A stretch of 64,000 nt of DNA, taken from NCBI GenBank assembly GCA_977018835.1, contig OZ361261.1, positions 1,116,001-1,180,000 on the forward strand, written 5' to 3'. The notes below the pieces were generated by a model. The model did not search any database, was not told the origin of the DNA, and saw nothing but the letters and a program-made list of their open reading frames with translations. Positions within the stretch are counted from its first letter, which is position 1; the number at the start of each line of letters is the position of its first letter. The stretch is from Minutocellus sp. GHC0000111 (taxonomy: Eukaryota). Both the position numbers and the translations under genes were made by a program. Below, piece by piece: positions 1 through 11,618 of the stretch.

Positions 1-926
1 TCAAGGTCGCCCCGTCCCGCGGCACCCAATTCCTCGTGTACGAGTTCGTCAAGAAGATGCTCGTCACCCGCAACCTGGGCATGGACGTTGCCAAGAAATC
101 CCTCCACGCCGGGTCCCGCCTCTTCGCCGGAGGCGTCGCCGGCATGGTCGCCGGCACCATCGTCTACCCCCTCGAGGTCGTCAAGACCATGCTCACCCTC
201 TACCCCGAGGAGTGCACCTCCATCCCCGGTGCACTCAAGAAGGTATTCCGCACTGGTGGTGTCGGTGCTTTGTACCGTGGTTTGGGACCCACCCTCGTTG
301 CCATGGTAAGTATATTTGATAAATGTCATGACATGTTTTGTTTTTCGGTTAGATTCATTCGGTGTCAGGTTTGAATCTCTCCCGACCTCCACGTCTCAAA
401 GCATATGCGTTGGTTTGTGCGTGCATGTTGTTCCACCTCGATCTTCCACTGCTGAACGAAATGCGATAATCGTATTCCTAACTCAACGGTGCTGTTTTTT
501 TCATGACTCTTCCCCTCTACTTCTCGATAATAGTTCCCATACGTCGGAGTTGAGTTCATGGTTTACGAGACCCTCAAGAAGCGATGGGAGGCCGCCTTCG
601 GTCCTGCCGGCACCGTTGCCCTCCTAATCCTTGGCGCCCTGGGCGGTGCTGCCGCCCAGGCCTCGGCCCATCCCCTTGACGTCATCCGCCGCAGGATGCA
701 GATGCAATCCATGAACAAGCAAAAGGGTGGAGACGATGACACCAAGGTCGCGACCAAGCCCTACTCGAACATGTTCACCGGCCTCTACCGCGTGGCCAAG
801 GATGAGGGATGGCACGTTCTCTTCAACGGGTTGGGACCGGCCTGCCTGGAGAAGATTCCCAGTACCGCCTTTGGCTATTATATTTATGAAGGCATGAAGG
901 TCGCTCTTGGAATTGCTTCGGTGTAA
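1..926 (+). CDS. Mitochondrial carrier family (SLC25) protein, 5'-partial; exons <1-305, 534-926
   Basis: Px[DE]xx[KR] signatures (YPLEVVKT, HPLDVIRRRMQ) and LYRGLGPTL; GT..AG intron 306-533 joins AM|FPYVGVEFMVYE in frame. Confidence 0.9.
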
Positions 927-1701
927 TTTTGACCGACGTCTCTGACCGATATGATTTTTTGGAATGGGTTTTGATTGATATCGAGGGGTGTGTTGGTGAC
1001 ACTGGGTCAAGGAGTCCTTGGAGTTCCTTTCTCCTGAACAGCTAGGCCTTATACTAGCTGCGTCATCAGATGGAAGGTTCCAAGGACTAGCGAAATCTTT
1101 TGTCTGTGGATCTCACACACTTCCTCAAGCCAGACTCTGGACTCGACGCGGTGGGAAATTGGTTCGAAGGAACACAGATCTACCGTGCAGTGACTTGGAA
1201 AAGGGCCTGTATTGATACATAGGTGTGGATGGAACGAGGAGAAGCGGTGTAGGGACAAAAATGTCCCGCGTCTCCTCGCGCGTGTATATGAAAGATGCAT
1301 CTGATATTCAGCTGCTAGCGAGAAAGATAGATTGAGGACGAAACGCATGTCAGAACGAAAACCACTAGATAGATATTCCGTTGCGTGTAAATTTGCTATT
1401 AGAAAATGCTGACTGCAGCTGCTCACAATATTTGAAGACTCTTCTATATTATGAATTTCCTCGTTCGTTATTATTATTTATGAGAGATACTACGATGCTT
1501 CCTCCCGCCGTTCTCAGACCCGATAACGGCAATCTTGGCATGTAGTATGTGGTATGTTTTCTTTTGTTTCTTCTGTGTGTTATGACATCATTCTGAATTG
1601 CCACTCTTGGGCAAACATATATAAATAATTCTTGGCACCCTTTGACGGTGCCCTTTTATTATGAAAGACGAACAGCTTCCCGAGCCATCCGTTTCTTCCC
1701 T

Positions 1702-3721
1702 TTAGAAGCACGACGAACAGCAGTCGCACTCAATTTTGGGATCATTTCCAGCACAATCTGCAGTTAAAATGTTAAGTAGCCCATTGGGAACACGATTATC
1801 GCAGACAGACTGTGGCATTGAACCGCTGAAATCATTGCCACGGAAGGTAGCAGTGTCTATTATAATAATGTTGCAGTGAACCATGAAATGAATGTGGACT
1901 TGGTGAGGATACGGTACTAGAATACCCCAGAGAGAAAACAATCGAGGACAGCAAAAAAAAACTCCTGTGGTACTTACGCAATTTTGTGAGCCGGCTAAAA
2001 GTGTCTGGAATCTTTCCTTCGAACTTGTTATCTTCAAACTCAACAAAGACCAGGTCGGTAAGCCGCCCAACCCTGTCACTCAGAGTTCCCTCCAGGCGAT
2101 TTTCGTCAATATCTAGTACCTTGAGAGTGTCAAGGTTGAAAAGATTGTCACTGATTGGACCAGAAAGTCTATTCTGATCCAGATCCAAGACCTGAAGGCT
2201 CTCTCCATTCCAGACTCCTGAACCCCACTCCTCCGGGATGGTGCCAGAAGTTCGGCCGCCTTCCAGAGTGAGATTTCTGAGCTTATTGAGGGCCAAAATT
2301 TCGGCGGGGAAAGTACCTCCAAGATCGTTGCCCTCAAAGCCAATGACAGAAATATCATTTCCAGTACACTTGCTGCCAGCCCAGTCGCACTCAGAACTGG
2401 CCGAGAGGTAGGGCTTCTTGCCAGGAAAGCCACTGTTTGGAGCGCCACAAGGAACATTCTAAATGGGAAAGAAAGAGAATAACAAATATGATGGTCAGAG
2501 GCGTGTTCATTTTCTAACCAAGCAAATGAATGTGACAGAAAGGGATAATTTCGCGCCAAAATAAAGTATATCTCACCTGCAGCCTTCTTCCCTTGCTCTT
2601 ATCATCGCGGCCACCCTTCTTGCTATTCTTCTTCTTCCTCTTGTCATTCTTGTTCTTGTTGTTCCGATCGCGGCTGTCGGAATTATTATCCCTCTTCCTC
2701 CGCCCCTTTTCAAGCTCCTTCTTGGCCTCCTCCCAGTCGCACTTTGTCTCAACGAAACAGTCAGCACGGCACTCAAGTTCTTTGGGCTCGTTACAGAGAC
2801 GGTCTCCACCATTGTCCTTGCAGCACTTGTCACGGCAGTACTTGAGACAATTAGTCTCGCCTTCTTTGTCCTTGTTTCCGCCGCCACCTGTGCGGGCGAG
2901 TTGTTCGTCATTATCGTCATCATCATCGCCCCGGGCGGAATTGTCTTCAAGGACGACAATAGCTGGCTCCTTCTCTTTGATAGCCACCTTGTCATTGTCA
3001 TCCTCGGCCCTTACAGAAGCCGATCCGGCCGAGCATTCAGCCCATCGATCGCCATCGGTGGAGTAGTAGAACACGGCCATAATGTATCTTTGGATGAGAT
3101 TGTCATCGTCGGGACAGAGCTGGGCCTCATCCTCGTTTGTGATCCAGTTCAACGCCCTACCCTGCGGGCTGCGATCGTCGGCGATATTCTGGCGAGAGGA
3201 GACTCCTGATGCGGTGATCTCGTCGAGGATGCGACGCTGCCTCTGTCGTTCCGTAAGTCCATTGCAGACTGGGGATTGGGGAAAGTTTTACAACATGGCA
3301 AGGAAAATCAGAGAAGAACAAAGTCAGCGATACGAGTGTGACATAAGAAAAAAAATGGCAATGCAATCCAGCCTCAAAAACACCAAAGAGGGGGAAATCA
3401 GCGATGCTACTCACCAGTAGGCCCGGGTGATGGGGCAGGTCCAGGTCCAGGAGAAGGTGGAAGACTACCACCCTTCTTTTCCTTGAGGTATCGGTCCCAG
3501 TAGGCCAGATCTTCCAGGGCGAGCACGTCCTCATCCGTTGCGGCCTGTTTGTCACCCCAAATCGAGAAACGATTCTTCCCACGGAGCTGACGAGCACCAG
3601 TCGTTGAGGTTTTGCCATCGTCATGATGAATGGCGGCATCGACGGTAGCAGGGACGAGGATGACCATCGCCGCTGCCACGACAAGGGCCAAAGCAGTGCC
3701 GTGTTGTCTCATGATTTTCAT
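1702..3721 (-). CDS. Secreted leucine-rich-repeat protein, paralog 1; exons 3721-3415, 3268-2577, 2458-1978, 1856-1702
   Basis: Signal peptide; [18 protein letters not shown]-cap; plant-type LRRs ([12 protein letters not shown]); terminal CDCCSSCF; three GT-AG introns splice in frame. Confidence 0.85.
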
Positions 3722-4225
3722 GGAATGCAGTCTTTATTGTTCTCTCAACTAACACGAATAGGTTCAGAAAAGTATCACGATCAGAGTTGAGTTGGAGAAA
3801 CTGCGATTCCCAATGGATATCAGTAGCCGAATAGAACAGAATTCGCGGAGAGTGTTTGGAAGCGAGTGATGGTCGTGATGGTTGGCCCGAGTTGAGGCAC
3901 GTTTGTACAGGTAATTGCCCCGGAGAACGAGGTGGATAAGCCCAACAAAAGAATGGAAGAGGGCACCAAGTCCAGGAATTTCGACGGTTTGGGCCATTCA
4001 ACGGCCGCTCTCAAAGCGCCCCAACTGCTCTGTGTGATCAACCGATAACATGTCGATGGTTGTCCTGGACGTTTGATGGCGCATTGCAGGAAAGCGCGGC
4101 CTGCTCGCGTTCAACCGATGGAACTCAATCTCTAAAGTACACGAGCCTTTCTAAAACCATACGAAGGCGGCTTTTGTACTTTAAACCGGTGGCTAATGAC
4201 TGGATGACCGCCCTCATTTTCAACC

Positions 4226-5795
4226 ATGACGGAGGTGGATGACAACGCTAGCGGCCGCGGCCTTGGCGGCAACCTATCGCCACCAACATGCAGCAGTATC
4301 GGCCAAAGCAGTCACGATATAGACAGCACTGAAATGACCGGCAGAAGTGGGCCATGCCCAAGAAGAACAAAAAGAAGTGCCACCGAATCGAAAAGTGGCA
4401 CAAGCAAATCTGGATCTTTGGTACATGACAGAATGACCAGCATGGGTGGCAACTCTGAGAGTAGTGACGAGCACCAGAACAAGCCCAATGACCTACCATC
4501 GATGCAGCCATATGATAGAAGGTTGAAATTGCCCACGATACCTGAATATGGCGATCAGCTTACCGGTAGTAGCAGTAGTGGGAGGAAACGCCGAAGAAAC
4601 AACAATGCCAGTCACAAGGGCATCAGTAGCGGCAGCGGACGAAGTCGGCAGAGAAGGAGGACCCTCGCCACATCGACCCTTGCCTTCTGTGCCGCCCTCA
4701 TTGGGGTCACCAACCTGGGCAGCGGGGGTGGCCACTACCATGGCGGCCGAGATGGGTTCCTTCTTCGCGGTAGTTACAGCCCTGATTTGGTGGGGAGTGG
4801 CGCCAATCCCCTCTCAAGAAGAGATGTTCGGCGGATCCTTGCGGCCATTGAAGATTCTGACGGTGATGCATCATCTGCTGAAGATGTTGGTGATCGCGCA
4901 CATCGGTCCCTTTCCTCTACGCCGTCCGAAAATGTCGCTGATGGCCAGCAGAGGACTCTTGCTGGCATCGACGACGAGCGCCTCCTTCAGGCGTTCTCTC
5001 CTGACGAATATCGGCTGTTACAGGCCGCGACGCAGACGGCCGAGTACAAGAAGAATCCCGTCGGCGTCATGACGATGTTATTGCAACATCTCAAACAAGT
5101 CAAAGATGTGGCGAAGGTGACTGGAAGCAATGATGAAGGCGCCGGAGAGACGAAGGAGGGAGAGAACACAAGCGAAGGAGCAGGTAGTGATGAAAACGAA
5201 GACAATGGGGATGAAAAAGACAAGGACAAGTCTCAGTACTCTGATCGAATGACCGAAGTTATTGATCATTTATATAGAAAGGCAACAAGAATACGAGCTC
5301 CTAAAGAAGAACGGTGTACCCAACCCCCCACCCGTCCCAGCTTACCTCGAACTGTTCGAGCATTATGGTTTCAAGTTCGATGGTCTCGTATCGACTCTAC
5401 TCAAAGCCCGAGACTCAGATCTGCTCAAGAAGACGCGAGAGTTGCGCTATCCGGAAAAGTTTACCTGCACCGACATCGACGAGGAGACGGGCAAGCCGAT
5501 CAAAAAGATTCGGAAACCTGGCGAGGCTGATGAGTGTTATATGAAACTGATGCCTTTGGTGGAGATACTGGACGATGATCCCGATGAGAAGGAGCGGCGT
5601 AGCATCATGGATCGGTTCAACATGGTCCACACAGCAGTCAAAGAACGAATGGATGATGATCGAAGGGAGGAGATGAAGCGGAGGGCGGAGGAGATGAGAG
5701 AGTCAGAGAAGCGACGAGAGGAACGGGAGGACAAGGAGAAGATGGAGAAAGAGGCCCGAGAGCGTGAGGAGGCCCGCAAGGCACAGGGGTGGTAG
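4226..5795 (+). CDS. Hypothetical membrane-anchored protein with charged C-terminus; apparent 2-bp frameshift near 5272
   Basis: ORFs 4226-5530 and 5262-5795 join if one AT unit is added in TTATATAG (DHLY-IERQQEY); hydrophobic segment LAFCAALIGV. Confidence 0.6.
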
Positions 5796-6362
5796 CGAAT
5801 GAAGAGAACTCGCATATATACTAGTGAAGTAATAATTTCAATTGAATCCTTGAGTTTCATATTAAAAACCGATTTGCATACGTCGTGCAATGCCACGTTT
5901 CTAGATCGAAATGAGGGTGCACTGGTACGATGTTCCAAAAAAAGTAGAGCGATGTCCAGCAAACTGATCCAAATTGTTGAGACGAAATTCGCGCTCTTTG
6001 GCGGCCTCATCCTTTTCCTAGCAAATGGTGGTGGATATCTGGAAAGAATCTTTCCAGAAGCCACTACTTGTACTAGTACTTTTCGAGGAATCTAATGCAG
6101 CACTTGCCTTATACACACAGACTAAACCTACCTACAACGAATTCATCAAAAATTACGATAAATTCATCAGACACACATGTCACGTATACTAAATTGAAAT
6201 CAACTTTGAGGTAAGAAATTGATAAATCATAAATGTATTATTCGGCTTTATCTTCTATAATCTACCAGTAGGAATTCCTACTTGCTGTAAACACTGTCCG
6301 GTCGTACGGACTATCAGCCAGTGCGCCAGTAGATCTACTCGCTCATATATATTATGAGCAAT

Positions 6363-7038
6363 TTAGTTCTTATTCCTCACCACGGCCGGGACAGGGATCA
6401 TCTCCATTTTGGCCTGGGGCTCAAAGATACCCTTGCCAGACGAGCAGCACATCTTCTTGAAGCCCAGATCGCAGCACACCTGAGGCCGGGCGCAGTCGTA
6501 GCTGGACTCGCAGGTCGACTCGCCAAGCAACGACTTGGCCATGGTGGCGAAGATATTGTCCTGCTGTTGCTGCTGTCTTCCAGCGCCTGGCGATAATCGG
6601 TTCTGCTCAGAGGCGGCGGAGGCCGCCCGCGATTGGCGCATTTCCTCGGCCTTGAGGGCCTGCTCTCCCTCCATGGCTCGTACTTGGATTTGCAGGTCCA
6701 CAAATTCTTGTTCCGTCATGGGCTTGAGACCGAATTTCTTCCTGCTCATATTTTTCAGCTCAAAGGCCCTCTGGTCGAAGGTTTGGCCATCGTTGTCGTG
6801 GGTGGCATGAAGGGCGGTCAGTGCCGGCGTTGATCCTCCCGCCGACGACGAGGCGGTTACAGTTGGACGGTGGCGGTGGTGGTCATGGGGGACATTTATG
6901 GCCGAATTCCGATTGTGATGAGAACCTGCTGCTCCACCACCAGTCGAGAATGCCGACGAAGGGGAGGAAACGACGGCCACAGCCGCTGCGGCGACAAACA
7001 GAGAGCGCTAGTTTTTTGGTAGTCCTGTTGGATGTCAT
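6363..7038 (-). CDS. Putative plastid-targeted protein with Cys-rich C-terminal motif; apparent 2-bp frameshift near 7002
   Basis: Adding one CT unit gives MTSNRTTKKLALSLFVAAAAVAVVSSPSSAF (signal + SAF); C-terminal CESSYDCARPQVCCDLGFKKMCC. Confidence 0.6.
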
Positions 7039-7944
7039 GGTTAGGTTTTGGTTTGCGGTTGCTTTGAACGGTCGGATCAAGTGAATTGTGATGGAATGAT
7101 CCGATACGTGCCAATGCCGCGGAAGTTTGACGCAGAACAAAACAACGCAGAGTTCTGCAGAACTCCTGCGTCAACCCAACACATCACGAGATCACGAGTA
7201 GATGAGTCATTCGATTGAGTCAGTGAGATTGAAAAGTTTCAGGTGATTCCTCAAAATTTCGCAACATACTTCGATTTCCCCCCAAAACCAAATTCTACCT
7301 GCTTACTAAGAAACACGCTTTCCGGGTTATGCACATACTAGTAGCTCATAACCTGTTTCCCGCTCTTTTTCGTTTTTCATACGAAAACGAGATGTGAGTG
7401 GAACGATGGCCGAGTTGCCGGCTAGTGGAGGTAGATTTTATCGACCGACCATGTCAGTGAACGCTGGGGGACCTTTCCGTTGGTGCATGCGAGCGTTGAA
7501 GTGCTGCAGGAGTTGTAGCAGATGGAGAGAAAACGCAGCACATCCTCGGCTGGTGATCTGCCTCTCGGGACCTCACCTCCGATTGGAAACACCGGCGGAG
7601 CAGACACGTGTGTAGCCGTGAGACAACGCGTAGTGTGGGGCGGCAGATCTCAGTCAAGCAATCAGGCAGCGCTAATACTGGTGGATTTTCAACAGGAACT
7701 GGTGTATTTGGGTGGCTTCAAGGTTGGGCTATCCGTCACATTTCATTTCCATCGGACCGACACCTCGATCTTCATCCTGGCAGTGCTTTGGTTATGAGCT
7801 GCGAAAGAGATGTCAGTGATACACGACAATGGCTACATTTGCCGCCCAAAACACATTATTCTCACTTCCAACATCTTTCCATTCTTTTCTTCCAATACCC
7901 CAACAGTCTGTATTAGTATATTTTTGTATCAAAACTTTTTCATC

Positions 7945-8523
7945 ATGACCCGTTACGCTGTCGAGCCCGATGCCGCTGTCGCCCACTCCAAGACCCGCGG
8001 ATCCCACCTCCGTGTGCACTTCAAGCACTGCCGTGAGATCGCTCACCACATCAACGGCATGCCCGTCAACAAGGCCATGAAGTTCCTCGAGGACGTCCTC
8101 GCCTTCAAGGCCGTCGTCCCCTTCGTCAAGTACACCGGTGGCATCGGCCGCAAGGCCCAGGCCAAGCAGTCCAAGACCCCCGGCTCCAAGGGTAGGTGGC
8201 CCGTCAAGGCCACGGCCGTCATCAAGGACATGCTCACCAACGCCAACGCCGAGACCAAGGGCCTCGACGTTGACACCCTCTACGTCTCCCATGCCCAGTG
8301 CAACAAGGCCCCCGCCGGCCGCAGGCGAACCTACCGTGCCCACGGCCGCATCGGCAAGTACGCCAGCCAGCCCGCCCACGTTGAGTTCATCCTCAGCGAG
8401 AAGAAGAAGGGAGTTGACAAGGCCGATGAGGAGACCGAGGCAGGAGAGGGCGCCACCGGAAAGCGCATTAGCCGCAAGCAGGCCGCCAAGAAGCGTTTCG
8501 TTGCCATCGGTGGTGACAACTAA
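7945..8523 (+). CDS. RPL17: 60S ribosomal protein L17 (uL22)
   Basis: RGSHLRVHFKH, GRWPVKA and RRRTYRAHGRI motifs; strong C-ending codon bias. Confidence 0.97.
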   Translation: MTRYAVEPDAAVAHSKTRGSHLRVHFKHCREIAHHINGMPVNKAMKFLEDVLAFKAVVPFVKYTGGIGRKAQAKQSKTPGSKGRWPVKATAVIKDMLTNANAETKGLDVDTLYVSHAQCNKAPAGRRRTYRAHGRIGKYASQPAHVEFILSEKKKGVDKADEETEAGEGATGKRISRKQAAKKRFVAIGGDN

Positions 8524-8954
8524 GTCGCTACTCGGAGAAAGAAAAAGAAAAATATGCACAATCCCCCCTTTCATTCAATCTCTTGTTTTGATCTGATCCG
8601 TACCAAAGTTGGTCGATAGTGTAAACATAAGGTTGATGTCAGAACCAAATTTATGCCAATACCGGTATGCATTTGCATCAAGATTACTGTTACCGGTATT
8701 TATTTAAATCGTTGCTTGAAGAGAGGGGAGGTCAGTCAGGAATTCGGCGGTGGCAGCAGCCAGCCAGTTCGGCTAGCTACATGTAGTCTAGAAGAAGCGC
8801 AGCTCAACATATCGGTAGATCATGATCTACTTGTGTAATCTCCTGACTGATTCGAAAATACCATCTTTCTAATGAGATGAAATGAGTAACGACGCAAGGG
8901 GCAAGGGGCCGCCGTTTTTTCACCTCTGTCTCTATTGCTCTCTCTCTCATCTCT

Positions 8955-8993
8955 CCCTAACCCTAACCCTAACCCTAACCCTAACCCTAACCC
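8955..8993. repeat. Interstitial telomere-like tract (CCCTAA)6CCC
   Basis: Six perfect CCCTAA units read directly from the sequence. Confidence 0.95.
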
Positions 8994-10100
8994 ATATCAT
9001 TGAGGATGCTGCCTCGTCCATCAACGCTAGCAAGAGAACCAGCACCGGACTGCGCAGAGCGGCTACCGGTCATGGATCCTCCGTGGCCGTGATGCTGAGT
9101 ACCAAATAAAGTGGAATGGTTGTCGCAGTCATCTAATTGCTGGGCGATGCCAACTCCAACAAATTCCGATTCGTCATTGTACGGTCTCTCGATTCCGAGC
9201 TTGCCATCGGCATCGAGCTCTTCGTTGGATGGCATCTCGATGATGGGTCCAAGATCGGCCGAAGTAGAAATCAGGGCCGTTTCGTTCATGCTGACCAGGG
9301 CAGACTCGTTCATGGCGGGACCTGGGCTGCTCATGGTCGTTGATGGATCGGAGATCTCGGTAGTGTCGAATGTCATGTGACTGCTCTGCGGTGACGCCAG
9401 CTTGGCCATGTCGTAGGCAGCCTCCTTGCCAAGATCGTGCTCGTCCGACGAATTCAATTCATCGGGGATCGAGCTACCCATCTCATCAATACCGTAACCC
9501 TCGCTGTCCTCATCGTCGCCACTGTTTCTGTTACGATGTTTCTTGACTCCCACGCCAATGAGAGCCACACCGACCAGAGCGGCGGCGGCACCACCGGCAA
9601 TGGCGTAGGGGAAGGATCCACCACCGCCTCCCTGGTTGTTCTCATCGGACGAATTGAGCGTGACCTGAGTAGTGGCCGGCTCGTACAGACCATCGGCGAC
9701 GTATTCGACGGCAATAATGGAGGGATCGACGTCGGCCAAATCACCGGAAGCCATGGCAGTAGCAATGACGTCCTGGGTGGCCTCGACGGCACGACGATCG
9801 TCGGCCTCCTGGGCCAGATGAAGGGTGAGCTGCCCTTCGACCTTGATGCAGCCATTGTCGACGGGTGGATTGAGTACCGAGCAGGGTTCTGGAGGAAAGG
9901 AGCAAGTATGAAGGTAATTGAAAAGGACATAGAGAGAGACATGTGGAGCAGAGATAAAGTGTGTTGCAGCCATGAATATGTGTAATATATAATATGGTGT
10001 AATATGGTGATACCGATGAAGAGACTTGCACTACACTGCACTCACCTCCACCGACGACGCGATCCTCGGGAGCCGAGCTAAATCCGACGACGCCATCGAT
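8987..10100 (-). CDS. Single-pass membrane protein, 5'-truncated; exons 10100-10046 and 9888-8987
   Basis: Splicing gives IDGVVGFSSAPEDRVVGGEPC..GCIKVEGQLTL; TM YAIAGGAAAALVGVALIGVGV followed by KKHR; no start exon found before ~10230. Confidence 0.7.
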
Positions 10101-10230
10101 CTGAAATGCAGTAATAATGATTTATGCATAAGTGAATGGAGATTGAGATGGGATGTGTCCATATATTGAGATAATATGTTGGTCAGAGCTTGATCTGACG
10201 AGAGAGGGAAAATAAACTAAAATAAAAATT

Positions 10231-11452
10231 GTTGGCGGTGGTCGTAGAGCCGACTCTGGCTACACTGGTGAGCACATGTAAAGAATTCCACTGTGCTTCT
10301 ATATTTGCATAATCCTTTTCATATCATGCATGTCTGGTAAAGCCTGCGATGTGAATTCTCAACACATATTTTGTAAAATCTTACTGCATTCTCTCTCGTC
10401 ACTACAATTGTATTCTTTGATATATTTCACAGGCATGTGGACCCAGTCGAAGAACAAGTTCAACAACGACTACCAGCTACAGATGCTTCACCCTATTCCA
10501 ATCCATTGCGACGCTGCCACGGCCCAGGGCTTTAGCGACTGCGCTTTCCTTTCTGAAGCTGGTGCCGAGCGCAATCTCGATCTTATGCAGCAGTGCTCCG
10601 CACGTAATGAAGGACGCTGCTTTGGTTGGGAACTTATGAAGATTACGAACCGGAATAACATCCACGGGCCAAAATTCCAATGGCGACACTCTTGCCGCGA
10701 GGATGGTTCTGGCTGCACTCACTTGATGATGCATGCTGATGTGAGTATCGTGCTCTGGGCAGCGCTCTACATGTATATTCAAATTTCAACATACGTCTAT
10801 TTCTCTCATTCACGTACTCTTTCAATTTTCTTGAATCAAATACCTCTTTCTTCATCAGATGGGCCTCCTCCGCAAGCTCAATGATCCCAGCTGCTTCCCT
10901 ACTGGCAATTGCCTTTGTACAGCTGAAGACGAAGCCAACAAGGTTCTCGATGTCAAGGGTGACAGATGCAAGAAGGGCCAAGTACGCACATACCCTCAAA
11001 ATCGTGTCGATGGTGACGGAAACACAGTGACTCCCTGCGACCCTAGCGATCCAAATCAGCGCATCCTTGCATCATGCTTCAACTTGAATGACTACGTCGA
11101 TCCTGACGTCGGTGGCGATACAATGACTCATTACCTGTCTGGAGATGCAGATGACTTTGCTACCTGGATCACTGAATTTGGGCCACTGTTCGAGATGCTT
11201 CTTAAGCATAATCTTCACGGGACGCCAACCCTCACCGAGCTAGTTCCTCCGGCTCCCAAGCTTGCCAATGGTGAAGACTGCTCCATGTGTTTCCCTGATC
11301 CTGTCGACCAATATGCCACAGGCACTTCATTCAATGATAGCTGCGATGATTGTGAGAGTGGCGTTTGCAAGCTAGTTTACCGTCCTGCCAAGGGACTCAA
11401 TGCGAAAGAATGTGTCCGTGAAGGTGCACTCCCAGCTCGTCGTCTCCGCTAA
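10231..11452 (+). CDS. Class I-like heme peroxidase (APX/CcP-like), 5'-truncated; exons 10231-10267, 10433-10740, 10859-11452
   Basis: Spliced VGGGRRADSGYTGMWTQSKNKFNNDY and LMMHAD|MGL match the post-proximal-His SGY.G.WT..F.N.Y and LML.TD.AL motifs; in-frame TAA at 10213 upstream. Confidence 0.7.
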
Positions 11453-11618
11453 GCCCAATATTGCTTTCAAGAGAAGCGATAGCTTTCCATATTAGAGTTT
11501 TCATGTATGTTTTTAATACATTTTACATTGAAGTTAGAAAGTGGTATTGATCTAGTATATCTAGAATTTATTTCAATATACTCGTGAATATATATTCCCT
11601 CGGCGTTCCATTGAAGCA

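Noticed and set aside
1020..1345. Hammerhead ribozyme or TPP riboswitch
   Set aside because: CTGATGA (minus strand), GAGGACGAAAC and GTGTAGGGA occur, but stem II does not close onto GAAA and the CTGAGA/CCTGAT riboswitch core is missing
7394..7800. tRNA or other RNA gene upstream of RPL17
   Set aside because: No cloverleaf, A/B boxes or snRNA motifs recognisable
7813..8574. Long antisense ORFs opposite RPL17, and likewise opposite ftsZ, UBA52, PCNA, SGF29 and HSF
   Set aside because: Shadow ORFs caused by strong codon bias on the coding strand
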